The notes beneath the pieces were generated by a model, which made no database searches, was not told the origin of the DNA, and saw only the letters and a program-made list of their open reading frames with translations. The translations under genes were made by a program, and so were the position numbers. Of a stretch of DNA of 64,000 nt, positions 20,284 to 28,931 are shown in pieces (the first letter of the stretch is position 1; each line of letters opens with the position of its first letter). Location of the stretch: positions 10,894-74,893 of IMG/VR virus record IMGVR_UViG_3300025087_000054. The stretch is one strand, 5' to 3'. Origin of the DNA: a virus.

Positions 20284-20295
20284 AACGCATTTTAA
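20280..20295. promoter_or_regulatory. Palindromic operator-like motif TTAAAAYGCATTTTAA
   Basis: 19-mer acttaaaacgcattttaac identical to 35755-35773; variants at 10220, 48090, 56207. Confidence 0.45.
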
Positions 20296-20311
20296 CATTT
20301 ATTTAAATAAT

Positions 20312-20803
20312 ATGCAAACAGCTTTTCGTATAATGAACCAAGTGAGAATATCACTTGAGGATAAAAAAACGGGTAAAATTGATTCACAACAGATAATCAC
20401 TAATACCCCATGTAGGGGCGGATTGAATGCTTTTGCTAATAGGATGATGGATTATGATGATACTGCTCAATTAGGCTTAGCTAAACATATTGAGATAGGT
20501 ACGGGTATAACGGCGGAAAATGTTGAGCAGACTAGTTTAGCGACACCGTATAAACGATCGGCAATTATTCAAGCGGATAGTGTTATTAATGAAACAACGA
20601 GTGTTATTAAAGTGTATGCTAGGTTCGATGATGATTCAGTGGTTACAATAACTGAGGTAGCTTTATTCGGTAATGCGGAATCTATTGCCACATTAGGATC
20701 AGGAGCTATGTATGCACGAGCATTATTAGATGCAAGTATATCAAAAACAGCTACTAAAGCGGTAACTATTGAGTGGACAATTAGCTTGGTAGTTGGCGTA
20801 TAA
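20312..20803 (+). CDS. Tail-fibre attachment/collar protein
   Basis: IEIGTG, ITEVALF, ISKT..VTIEWTI motifs; ATG 20312 preferred. Confidence 0.7.
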   Translation: MQTAFRIMNQVRISLEDKKTGKIDSQQIITNTPCRGGLNAFANRMMDYDDTAQLGLAKHIEIGTGITAENVEQTSLATPYKRSAIIQADSVINETTSVIKVYARFDDDSVVTITEVALFGNAESIATLGSGAMYARALLDASISKTATKAVTIEWTISLVVGV

Positions 20804-20837
20804 TACGCTAAAATAAAATTACTAAAATTATAAAATT

Positions 20838-22679
20838 ATGAAATCAACAGCAATAGCAGTCAAAGGCCCAGCTTATTTGCAACAGTATAATGATTTGCGG
20901 GAGGATGCCAAAGGAGGTTCATATTTAAGAGCCTTTGCTCAAAATACTCCAAATATGACTGTAAAAATTATGGACGGGCATTGGGTAACGGGTGATGGGG
21001 TACTTGTTGAATGGGCCGAAGGTAATTCGGGTACTATTACAGCACCAATTACGAATGACAGAATAGATTTAATAAGTATGGACGATACAGGAGCTTTAAC
21101 GATAACAGCAGGGTCTGAATCGGCTACGCCAGTAGTTCCAGTAGTTCCAGCAGGCGAAATACCATTATGCCAAATATATTTACGTCCTGGATGTACTGAA
21201 ATATTAGATACGGATGATAGTGCAGAGGCATATATAATAGACGCAAGACCTATATTAAGTTTGGGTAGTAGTTTGGAGTTAGGTGAAACTAGTTCAACTG
21301 CATATAGAGGAGACAGGGGTAAGACTGCATATGACCATAGTCAAGTAGTTACAGGGAATCCACATGGTACAAGCAAGACTGATTTGAGTTTAGGTAACGT
21401 TACGAATGATGCACAGCTTAAAATAGCAAGTAATTTATCAGACTTAGCAAATGTAACTACAGCAAAAACAAATTTAGGGTTAAATAATCTTACAAATGAT
21501 GCACAATTAAAAATTGCATCAAATTTATCTGATTTAGCCAGTGCAACAACTGCTAGAACTAATTTAGGGTTGGGCAATTCAGCAACAAAAGACGTAGGTA
21601 CAGCTACAGGAACAGTGATGGCAGGAGACGATTCAAGAGTAGTAAATGCAGTACCAAATACTAGAACAATAAATAGTAAAGCATTATCTTCAAATATTTC
21701 AATTGATAAAACTGACGTAGGATTAAGCAATGTAACAAATGATGCACAGCTTAAAATAGCTAGTAATTTATCGGACTTAAATAATGCGGGTACTGCTAGA
21801 ACTAATTTAGGTTTGGGGAATGTAAGTAATGATGCCCAATTAAAACGAGCCGCAGGGGATTTTGTGTCATTTACAGAAAAAACTAGTTTAGATGGGGATG
21901 ATTTATTTTTAGTTGAAGATAGTGTGGATAGTAACAATAAGAAAAAAATTAAAAAAAGTGTTATTGCTAAAATGACTCAAGCACCCTTGTCAATAGTATT
22001 GCCATATTATTGTAATGGAACAGGATACATGTGCCCAAGAGCATTAGATTCCATTAGTAAGCTTCCAGGTAGACAGGATAGTAGCGGGGGATTTAGTTTG
22101 CACATAAAAATATATGCAAAAGGTAGTAATTATCAAGATAGAACAGTAACTAGTGATTGGGCATCGGCTACTGACATATATGGCTGGTGTATAATAGGGG
22201 ATTATGTATATGTCTTATTAGTAAATAGTCCTTTTACTGCGTATAGGCTATATAGGTATGCTAAGAATAATTTAGCAGCTGGCGGTACATTAATGCCATA
22301 TACATTTGGCACTACCAATGGGAATTCGCATATGTTTACAGATGGTACATATTTATATTTTACGAATAGAGCGGGCTTTACAACAACAAGTTATAACATA
22401 AGACAATTAACTATTAACGGAACGGCATTAGATTCCGCTGTTGATTTTAGTTTAAGTGATTCACTTGATGTTAGTGGTGGTGTTATTGGAGCAGATTCTT
22501 TAAATATATATGCAGTAGGAAGTGGAACATTGTATAAGTATAATTTAAGTGGCGTCGCACAGTGTAATCAATCACTATATGGGTCAAATCCCGCTGGGAT
22601 GGTTATGTATACAGATATAGATGCATGCTATATGATGTGTGACGTAAGCCCAGATTTTTTGGCTAGATGTTTAATTTAA
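20838..22679 (+). CDS. Tail fibre/receptor-binding protein
   Basis: RIDLI and IPLCQIY N-terminal motifs, repeat shaft, aromatic/Gly-rich C-terminal domain. Confidence 0.85.
   Translation: MKSTAIAVKGPAYLQQYNDLREDAKGGSYLRAFAQNTPNMTVKIMDGHWVTGDGVLVEWAEGNSGTITAPITNDRIDLISMDDTGALTITAGSESATPVVPVVPAGEIPLCQIYLRPGCTEILDTDDSAEAYIIDARPILSLGSSLELGETSSTAYRGDRGKTAYDHSQVVTGNPHGTSKTDLSLGNVTNDAQLKIASNLSDLANVTTAKTNLGLNNLTNDAQLKIASNLSDLASATTARTNLGLGNSATKDVGTATGTVMAGDDSRVVNAVPNTRTINSKALSSNISIDKTDVGLSNVTNDAQLKIASNLSDLNNAGTARTNLGLGNVSNDAQLKRAAGDFVSFTEKTSLDGDDLFLVEDSVDSNNKKKIKKSVIAKMTQAPLSIVLPYYCNGTGYMCPRALDSISKLPGRQDSSGGFSLHIKIYAKGSNYQDRTVTSDWASATDIYGWCIIGDYVYVLLVNSPFTAYRLYRYAKNNLAAGGTLMPYTFGTTNGNSHMFTDGTYLYFTNRAGFTTTSYNIRQLTINGTALDSAVDFSLSDSLDVSGGVIGADSLNIYAVGSGTLYKYNLSGVAQCNQSLYGSNPAGMVMYTDIDACYMMCDVSPDFLARCLI
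21381..21846 (+). repeat. Intragenic tail-fibre shaft repeats
   Basis: Three NDAQLKIASNLSDL units plus a partial fourth (NDAQLKRA). Confidence 0.85.
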
Positions 22680-22692
22680 TAATTTATAAATT

Positions 22693-23382
22693 ATGCGACC
22701 AATAAGAAAACCTTTTAATGAAAATTATAGTATCAGCCAATTATTCGGTAAAAATCCACAAATTTATAAACAATTTGGATTAAAAGGACATAACGGATTA
22801 GATTATGCTACTCCAATAGCAACGCACCTGTACGCATTGGGCAAAGGTACTGTTATGGAGACGGGTAATGACCCAAAAGGGTATGGTCATTATATTAGGA
22901 TAAATTATGATGACGGCTTTCAAAGTCTTTATGCTCATTCAGATACAGAGCCAATGGTTAAAAAATATGATAGAGTAATTGAGGATCAGTTTGTTATGTC
23001 GTCAGGTAATAGTGGATTTAGTACAGGGGCACATTTACATTTTGGTATACGTGAATTGGATAGCAATGGCGGGGTGATAAATTACAATAATGGATTTGCG
23101 GGCTATATTGATCCAAAACCATGGTTAGATAAATATGCTGAATGGGAGCAAAGTCAAATCATACCTGACTGGGCTGAAAACCCAAAAGCAAAAGCTATTG
23201 AATCGGGTATAATTACGAAATGGGATAATCCAAATGCAGATTTAACGGTGGAGGATTGGTGCTGGATATTTTTTAAATTAGGTTGGACAAACGATTTACA
23301 TAAAATAATGAATAGATGCGAAGCGGCAACTATGCTGGATAAGCAAAAAGCGTTTGATAAATTTTTATTATTAAATAAATAA
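22693..23382 (+). CDS. Endolysin, M23 peptidase with SLH-like C-terminus
   Basis: HNGLD, YAH, STGAHLHF; C-terminal PDWA..ESGII..NRCEAATML. Confidence 0.85.
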   Translation: MRPIRKPFNENYSISQLFGKNPQIYKQFGLKGHNGLDYATPIATHLYALGKGTVMETGNDPKGYGHYIRINYDDGFQSLYAHSDTEPMVKKYDRVIEDQFVMSSGNSGFSTGAHLHFGIRELDSNGGVINYNNGFAGYIDPKPWLDKYAEWEQSQIIPDWAENPKAKAIESGIITKWDNPNADLTVEDWCWIFFKLGWTNDLHKIMNRCEAATMLDKQKAFDKFLLLNK

Positions 23383-23386
23383 TTAT

Positions 23387-23659
23387 ATGGATTTTACAAG
23401 TTTATCGACTGTACAAGGATTAATAGCGGGGGCTACTTTGGCTATAGTACAAATTTTAAAATGCCTGCTAAAATTTACTGATAAAAAGCAAAAAAAATAT
23501 TTGCAATTATTATCCGTACTAATAGGAGCGTTAATAGGGGTAATTATGGCATACACGGAGGGATGTAACACATGGGAGGGTATGATTATAGGTGTTATGT
23601 CAGGGGCAATGGCAACTGGTGTATATGGGGCAGTAAAAAACCCACTTAAAAAAGATTAG
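23387..23659 (+). CDS. Holin
   Basis: 90 aa, three TM segments, GAMATGVY, basic C-terminus, next to endolysin. Confidence 0.8.
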   Translation: MDFTSLSTVQGLIAGATLAIVQILKCLLKFTDKKQKKYLQLLSVLIGALIGVIMAYTEGCNTWEGMIIGVMSGAMATGVYGAVKNPLKKD

Positions 23660-23661
23660 AT

Positions 23662-23690
23662 TTGACGTATGTATAAAGTTAATTTATAAT
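23662..23690 (+). promoter_or_regulatory. Sigma70-like promoter
   Basis: TTGACG-17 nt-TATAAT. Confidence 0.65.
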
Positions 23691-23695
23691 AAATA

Positions 23696-23762
23696 TGCTC
23701 ATCGGTTCACAAACGTAAAGGTTAGTAAAAAGGCTCGGCAGTAATGCTAAGCCTTTTTATTT
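23696..23762 (+). ncRNA. Candidate ~65-nt small RNA
   Basis: Lies between promoter 23662-23690 and terminator 23727-23758; contains only a 7-codon ORF. Confidence 0.4.
23727..23758 (+). terminator. Rho-independent, potentially bidirectional terminator
   Basis: aaaaaggct-c-ggca-GTAA-tgct-a-agccttttt. Confidence 0.8.
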
Positions 23763-23789
23763 TACTTTTGTAAAAGTCGCCATTATAAT
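23761..23789 (+). promoter_or_regulatory. recA promoter
   Basis: TTTACT-17 nt-TATAAT upstream of ATG 23819. Confidence 0.55.
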
Positions 23790-23818
23790 AATCGCTACTT
23801 AACCTTAACTTTTTACGT

Positions 23819-25819
23819 ATGAGCAAAAAATTTGCCCAGCTATTGTCTGGGCTACAAAAAAAGTATGGGCAAGGATCAGTCGAGCTTTATTCCGAAATGG
23901 ATAGGGCGGATGTTACTCGTATCTCGACAGGCTTGCCATCAGTAGATTTTATTTTAGGAGGGGGCTTGCCAGAGGGGAGGATAATTGAGATCTATGGCCC
24001 CGAAAGTTCAGGCAAAACGAGTTTGTCGATTATGTTTTTAGCACAGGTACAAAAAAAATATCCTAAAAGCGGAGTAGCATTTATTGATGTAGAACATGCA
24101 CTCGATCCAGATTACGCACAGCAATTAGGATTAAATATGGATGAACTAATACTAAGCCAACCAGATAGTGCGGAACAGGCTTTAAATATTATGAATGAGT
24201 TAGCGGCATCGGGCGAAATCAAAGCCATAATATTGGATTCAGTTGCCAAATTAGTCCCACGAAAGGAGGTGGAGGGCGAGGTAGGAGACGCCGAAATGGC
24301 AATGAGAGCTAGATTAATGGGGCAAGCATTACGTAAAATAGTCCCGAATGCAGATAAAAATAAATGTACGTGTTTTTTTATTAATCAAGTACGTAATAGT
24401 GTAGGGATAACCTATGGGTGTCATCACGCAGATAATATTATTTATTTTGATGATGGACGAAAAATTAAAATCAGGGATGTGGTCAATAAAAAAATAGTTG
24501 GTAATATTATAGCTTGGGATGAAAAAACTAATAAATATGTAACAGCACCCATAATAAATTGGTTTAATAATGGTAAAATAACCGATAAGTCTGAATGGAT
24601 AACTATACGTATGGAGGGTATTGATAGTACAAATGGTGTAAATGCCATAACGGTTACAAAAAATCATAAATTATTGACACAACGTGGTTGGGTTGAGGCT
24701 CAAAATATTATAATTACAGATAAAATACATGCATGTATTAATGATAGATTACAAGGCACTTTAGCTAAACAATTTATGTATGGGGTATCTGTTGGGGATA
24801 GCTCAATTAGAACAACAGGAAAAAATAAGTTTTTATTAAAACTACAGGATATTAAAAACAAGGATTATGTGTATTGGAAAGCAGATAAGCTACACATATT
24901 AGGATTTGATACTACTATAAAAAATAAAAAAAGACTTATAAGTCGTAGTGGGCATGATCTAGCTAATTTTAATTATCAACGTAATCCTATGGACATTATC
25001 GATAAGTTAGATTGGTTAGGTTTTGCAATATGGTTAATGGACGATGGGCATTTAGATTTAGATAATTATCATTGTAGATATGCGTTATCTATAGGTCGGC
25101 TAAAGGATGATAAGGACGCACTAAGAAAAATAGTACAATCATTTACAGAGAGTTTTAAAATAACACCAGAATTACGGAAAGATGGTTTATTAATTTTTTC
25201 AGCAAAAGATTCTCGTAAAATTGCCCAGCATATATGTACATATATACCAGATAGTATGCAGTATAAGTTACCAGTTCAGTTTAGGGGTAGATATATTGAT
25301 TTTAATTTGGAGACTGCAAGTATAAAAAAAGAGTATTTTACTAGTATTATATCTATAGATACGAATAGTGCACGTAAGTATAGGAATAAAGATAAATATG
25401 ATATTGAGGTAAAAGATTATCATAATTATATATGTGATGGTATTGTAGTGCATAACTCACCAGAATTGAGACCTGGCGGGCGGGCATTGCCTTTTGATGC
25501 AAGTGTGATATTACGTACAAGTTTTAAGCAAACAACAGATGAAAAAATTGGTGAAACAAAAATAATGGTTAAAAAAAATAAGGTAGGTAAACCGTTTCGA
25601 TCAACAACAGTACAGATTGAATACGGTAAAGGATTTAATGTACTACAGGATACGATTACAATGGCATTGACTGCTAAGGTAATTACGCAAAAAGGAGCTT
25701 TTTATTACTTTGGCGATAAGCAATGGCAAGGCCAAGACGCAGTAAGACAAGCGATTGCAGATGATCCAAAGCTTGCAAAAGATATTATTGAGATTATACA
25801 TAACTCAATAGTTACATAA
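23819..25819 (+). CDS. recA: RecA recombinase containing an intein (320 aa after splicing)
   Basis: GRIIEIYGPESSGKT, FIDVEHALDP, SQPDSAEQAL, DSVA, FINQVR, KNKV. Confidence 0.97.
   Translation: MSKKFAQLLSGLQKKYGQGSVELYSEMDRADVTRISTGLPSVDFILGGGLPEGRIIEIYGPESSGKTSLSIMFLAQVQKKYPKSGVAFIDVEHALDPDYAQQLGLNMDELILSQPDSAEQALNIMNELAASGEIKAIILDSVAKLVPRKEVEGEVGDAEMAMRARLMGQALRKIVPNADKNKCTCFFINQVRNSVGITYGCHHADNIIYFDDGRKIKIRDVVNKKIVGNIIAWDEKTNKYVTAPIINWFNNGKITDKSEWITIRMEGIDSTNGVNAITVTKNHKLLTQRGWVEAQNIIITDKIHACINDRLQGTLAKQFMYGVSVGDSSIRTTGKNKFLLKLQDIKNKDYVYWKADKLHILGFDTTIKNKKRLISRSGHDLANFNYQRNPMDIIDKLDWLGFAIWLMDDGHLDLDNYHCRYALSIGRLKDDKDALRKIVQSFTESFKITPELRKDGLLIFSAKDSRKIAQHICTYIPDSMQYKLPVQFRGRYIDFNLETASIKKEYFTSIISIDTNSARKYRNKDKYDIEVKDYHNYICDGIVVHNSPELRPGGRALPFDASVILRTSFKQTTDEKIGETKIMVKKNKVGKPFRSTTVQIEYGKGFNVLQDTITMALTAKVITQKGAFYYFGDKQWQGQDAVRQAIADDPKLAKDIIEIIHNSIVT
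24419..25456 (+). mobile_element. Intein with LAGLIDADG homing endonuclease (346 aa)
   Basis: G|CHHAD start, TKNH block B, GVSVGD and IWLMDDG, VVHN|S end. Confidence 0.93.
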
Positions 25820-25825
25820 AAAGGA

Positions 25826-25866
25826 CAAGCATAAAAACTTTACAAAACCTACAAAACATATATACT
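25826..25866 (+). promoter_or_regulatory. Repeated phage promoter
   Basis: CAAG..AAAAACTTTACAAA; TTTACA-16-TATACT. Confidence 0.8.
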
Positions 25867-25895
25867 GACATTGTATCAATAATTTTTATATTGGC

Positions 25896-26183
25896 ATGAC
25901 ACAAGCAGTTAATCTTGAGATATACCTGGAAAAAGGCGGTAATTGCTATAATGCAGTTAATAATTTTTCAGTTATCAATACTTTTATTTATAGGGGACGT
26001 TTTGAAAAAGAGGCGATAGCAAATCAATTAAATATAAATAAAGGTGATAAATTAAGCTTAAAAAGTGAGGAGGAGGATAACGTAGGATGCTTTTCAGTTA
26101 GTGTTTGGTATAAAGATAAAAAACTAGGATTTTTGCATAAAGACTTAGCACCAGTTATATCTCGATTAGTTAAGATAGTATAG
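25896..26183 (+). CDS. HIRAN-domain protein (possibly C-terminally truncated)
   Basis: LSLKSEEEDN..SVSVWY..KLGFLHKDLAPVISRLV resembles the HIRAN pattern. Confidence 0.65.
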   Translation: MTQAVNLEIYLEKGGNCYNAVNNFSVINTFIYRGRFEKEAIANQLNINKGDKLSLKSEEEDNVGCFSVSVWYKDKKLGFLHKDLAPVISRLVKIV

Positions 26184-26273
26184 ATAAGGTTGATATTGAG
26201 GGTAAACATATATTACCAGGACTACCGATTACGTTAGTGAACAAAAAAGCATTATATATTTAATTTTTAAAAT

Positions 26274-26531
26274 ATGAGTACAATTATCCCAGATAGGGAG
26301 TACACATTACAGGAAATAATCAACGAGGGAATAATCCCTTGTGTTGAAACGCATCCTGTAATTTATAATTTAATTACAAAAAAAGATAAAGTAGGTAAAC
26401 GCCTGCCTGTAATTAAAACTAATAAGACGCAAATAAAGCCTATTGTCTATAGTAGACCAGGAGCAAAAATAGTGGGACAGTATAAAGTATTAGGTAACGA
26501 AATACTTAAATTTTTACAATTTAATCAATAA
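26274..26531 (+). CDS. Small basic, probably DNA-binding protein
   Basis: YTLQEI N-terminus and YKVLGNEILKFL C-terminus, excisionase-like. Confidence 0.5.
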   Translation: MSTIIPDREYTLQEIINEGIIPCVETHPVIYNLITKKDKVGKRLPVIKTNKTQIKPIVYSRPGAKIVGQYKVLGNEILKFLQFNQ

Positions 26532-26541
26532 TATTTTTAAT

Positions 26542-27090
26542 ATGCCGATAGACAAAAAAAGTGCTGATGAGGCACATGTTATTAAAGGTCGCTATTTTGA
26601 TTCAAAAGGTATGGAGCAGGCCTTTATATTATCAAATATAATTAATATGCAATATGATACCTGGAAAGCAGGTAATGCAAATATAATAAGCTTTAAAGGA
26701 TGCCAAAAAATTGCCGATAAACTACAGATTATAATTATAGATAAACCAGAATGGATACAAGTTCCAGATGAGACTAATCTAATGAATCATATTGTTCAGA
26801 TAAATATGGGGTATATAGATAGTCCAACACATCAGGTTTTTGTTATGGGTGAGGCAAGTAGATTAAATACAGGTAAGTTTGAGGAGGATCGCAAGACAGG
26901 TAAAATATCATATAAAGAACGAGGCATAATTGACGCTCAATATAGAGCGAGTATGGCATGGAAACGAGCTTTTTGTAAGGGTGTCCTTGAACTTACTGGA
27001 CTACGGGATAAATTTTATGCCGAGGACGAGTCAACAAGTTTTGCACCACCTGTACAACAGGACGGTACATTAGATTATAATAATCTTTAA
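26542..27090 (+). CDS. Hypothetical protein, possible ssDNA-annealing protein
   Basis: MAWKRAFCKGVL..TGL motif; context near recA. Confidence 0.45.
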   Translation: MPIDKKSADEAHVIKGRYFDSKGMEQAFILSNIINMQYDTWKAGNANIISFKGCQKIADKLQIIIIDKPEWIQVPDETNLMNHIVQINMGYIDSPTHQVFVMGEASRLNTGKFEEDRKTGKISYKERGIIDAQYRASMAWKRAFCKGVLELTGLRDKFYAEDESTSFAPPVQQDGTLDYNNL

Positions 27091-27101
27091 TCTTTATTTT
27101 T

Positions 27102-27731
27102 ATGGCTGAACAAATTGCTACTAGCACAAAACCAATACCAACATTTAAGGATATTATTAACGAAACAGAAAAGTTTGTAGATACTTTATATGATAAAACC
27201 TATAAGGTTAATGAGCTATTATCTGAAATTGAGTTAATATATGACGACATGCGAGGATTGGGTGCTTCGGGATTATCATTTTCAGATTTTACGCCAGATG
27301 ATTTATCACGAATGGCAGGTAAATTAAGTGTATTACGATCAAGTTTAATACCATTACGAGCAAGAGCTTGGCGTAATTTAAGTAAAGCAAATAAATTTAT
27401 TGATTTAAGGAGAGCGGGGTTACAGCATAAACTGAAAGAGACTCTGGAAACATTGCATGGCAAGACAACAAGAGACGAGGTTAATGCCGAATTAGATAGA
27501 CAATTAGTACGAGCTACTTTTACGGCAGACTTGCATAAGGAGATGTATGAAAAATTACAAAGTTATTGGTATGGTATACCAGATCAGTTAAAAATGATTC
27601 AATTAAGGATTAATGTAATTAGGGGTGATTCAGATACAATACACTTTCAGCAACATTTAAGTGATAACGATGATGTGCCATATCAAAGTTCAAATGAGTT
27701 TGATTTTGAGATAGATGACAGTATAAAATAA
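27102..27731 (+). CDS. Coiled-coil protein with acidic tail
   Basis: 209 aa helical ORF. Confidence 0.6.
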   Translation: MAEQIATSTKPIPTFKDIINETEKFVDTLYDKTYKVNELLSEIELIYDDMRGLGASGLSFSDFTPDDLSRMAGKLSVLRSSLIPLRARAWRNLSKANKFIDLRRAGLQHKLKETLETLHGKTTRDEVNAELDRQLVRATFTADLHKEMYEKLQSYWYGIPDQLKMIQLRINVIRGDSDTIHFQQHLSDNDDVPYQSSNEFDFEIDDSIK

Positions 27732-27753
27732 GTCAATAAAAATGGCTTAATAA

Positions 27754-27794
27754 CAAGCTAAAAAACTTTACAAATTGATTATAGGATATATAAT
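27754..27794 (+). promoter_or_regulatory. Repeated phage promoter
   Basis: CAAGCTAAAAAACTTTACAAA; TTTACA-16-TATAAT. Confidence 0.85.
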
Positions 27795-27833
27795 CAAGAC
27801 ATAAAAATTATTTAATAATTAAATTATTCGTTT

Positions 27834-28904
27834 ATGAGCAACGAGCTATTTACTTTGGGCAAAGTATCTTGCCCTATTAATCCAGGTACCGACCCTACTT
27901 GGATAAAAGAGCTAGTCCCATCAGGTATCAATTATGTGATGGAGGGCGAGCAGGATCAGGATTTTACAACGCATGTATTATTGGGTGCAAAAACAAATCG
28001 CAATGTTTTATTAGTAGGCCCAAAAGGTACTGGTAAAACTACTTGTATAGCATATCTTGCACAGCAAACGAACAATCCATTACAGATTATTCAGTTAAAT
28101 GGGGCAACAGGTATTGATTCATTTGTAGGTAAATGGCTTTTACGAGATGGGCAAACTTATTGGGTGGATGGCCCACTAGCATTAGCAATACGTAATGGCT
28201 ATTGGTTATTGTTAGACGAACTAAATATGGCTTTACCTGAAATACTTGCCGTATTACAACCAGTATTAGACGATAGACGAATATTATATATGGAGGAAAA
28301 AGGTGGTGATAAGGCTGAATTTATTAAAGCACATCCTAATTTTAGGTGTTTTGCGGCCATTAATCCAACTGAGGATTATGCTGGCACAAAGGAGATGAAT
28401 AGGGCTTTGGAGGATAGATTTAGTATTAATCTTGAGTTAGCATATCCAAGTGCACGCAAAGAACGTGAGATATTATTAACTAATCCCGCAATTAAGATTG
28501 ATGATAAACCAATACAGAGTAAAACAGGTATAATAAGTCGTATAGTACAAGTAGCAAATGAGCTACGTAAATTATATAAAGACCAGCAATTTGCTTATGA
28601 GATAAGTACTCGTAATCTTATTGACTGGGCGATAATGTGTGAGTTTGTTACAATTAAAGATGCCTATAAAATGACTTGGCAAAATAAAATAGATAAAGAT
28701 GAGCGAGTAATAGCTAATGATAATATTAATAAATTATTTGCAGATAACGAAAGTTGGGGTACGGGTATGGCACTTAAAAAAGCGTTTACACGCCCAACAA
28801 AAGAGACTGAAAATATAGATTTGGAATCTATAGATATGGGAGCTGGTATAGCACAAGATACTCTTATAGATACTGTTACAATACCAACAGAAACGATTGA
28901 ATAA
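27834..28904 (+). CDS. MoxR/CbbQ/CobS-like AAA+ ATPase
   Basis: GPKGTGKT, WVDGPL, LLLDELN, HPNFR, YAGTKEMNRALEDRF. Confidence 0.92.
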   Translation: MSNELFTLGKVSCPINPGTDPTWIKELVPSGINYVMEGEQDQDFTTHVLLGAKTNRNVLLVGPKGTGKTTCIAYLAQQTNNPLQIIQLNGATGIDSFVGKWLLRDGQTYWVDGPLALAIRNGYWLLLDELNMALPEILAVLQPVLDDRRILYMEEKGGDKAEFIKAHPNFRCFAAINPTEDYAGTKEMNRALEDRFSINLELAYPSARKEREILLTNPAIKIDDKPIQSKTGIISRIVQVANELRKLYKDQQFAYEISTRNLIDWAIMCEFVTIKDAYKMTWQNKIDKDERVIANDNINKLFADNESWGTGMALKKAFTRPTKETENIDLESIDMGAGIAQDTLIDTVTIPTETIE

Positions 28905-28931
28905 AAAATTATTTAATTATACAATTATATT

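Noticed and set aside
21960-22679. Diversity-generating retroelement target in the tail-fibre tip
   Set aside because: No reverse transcriptase or template repeat seen in the window
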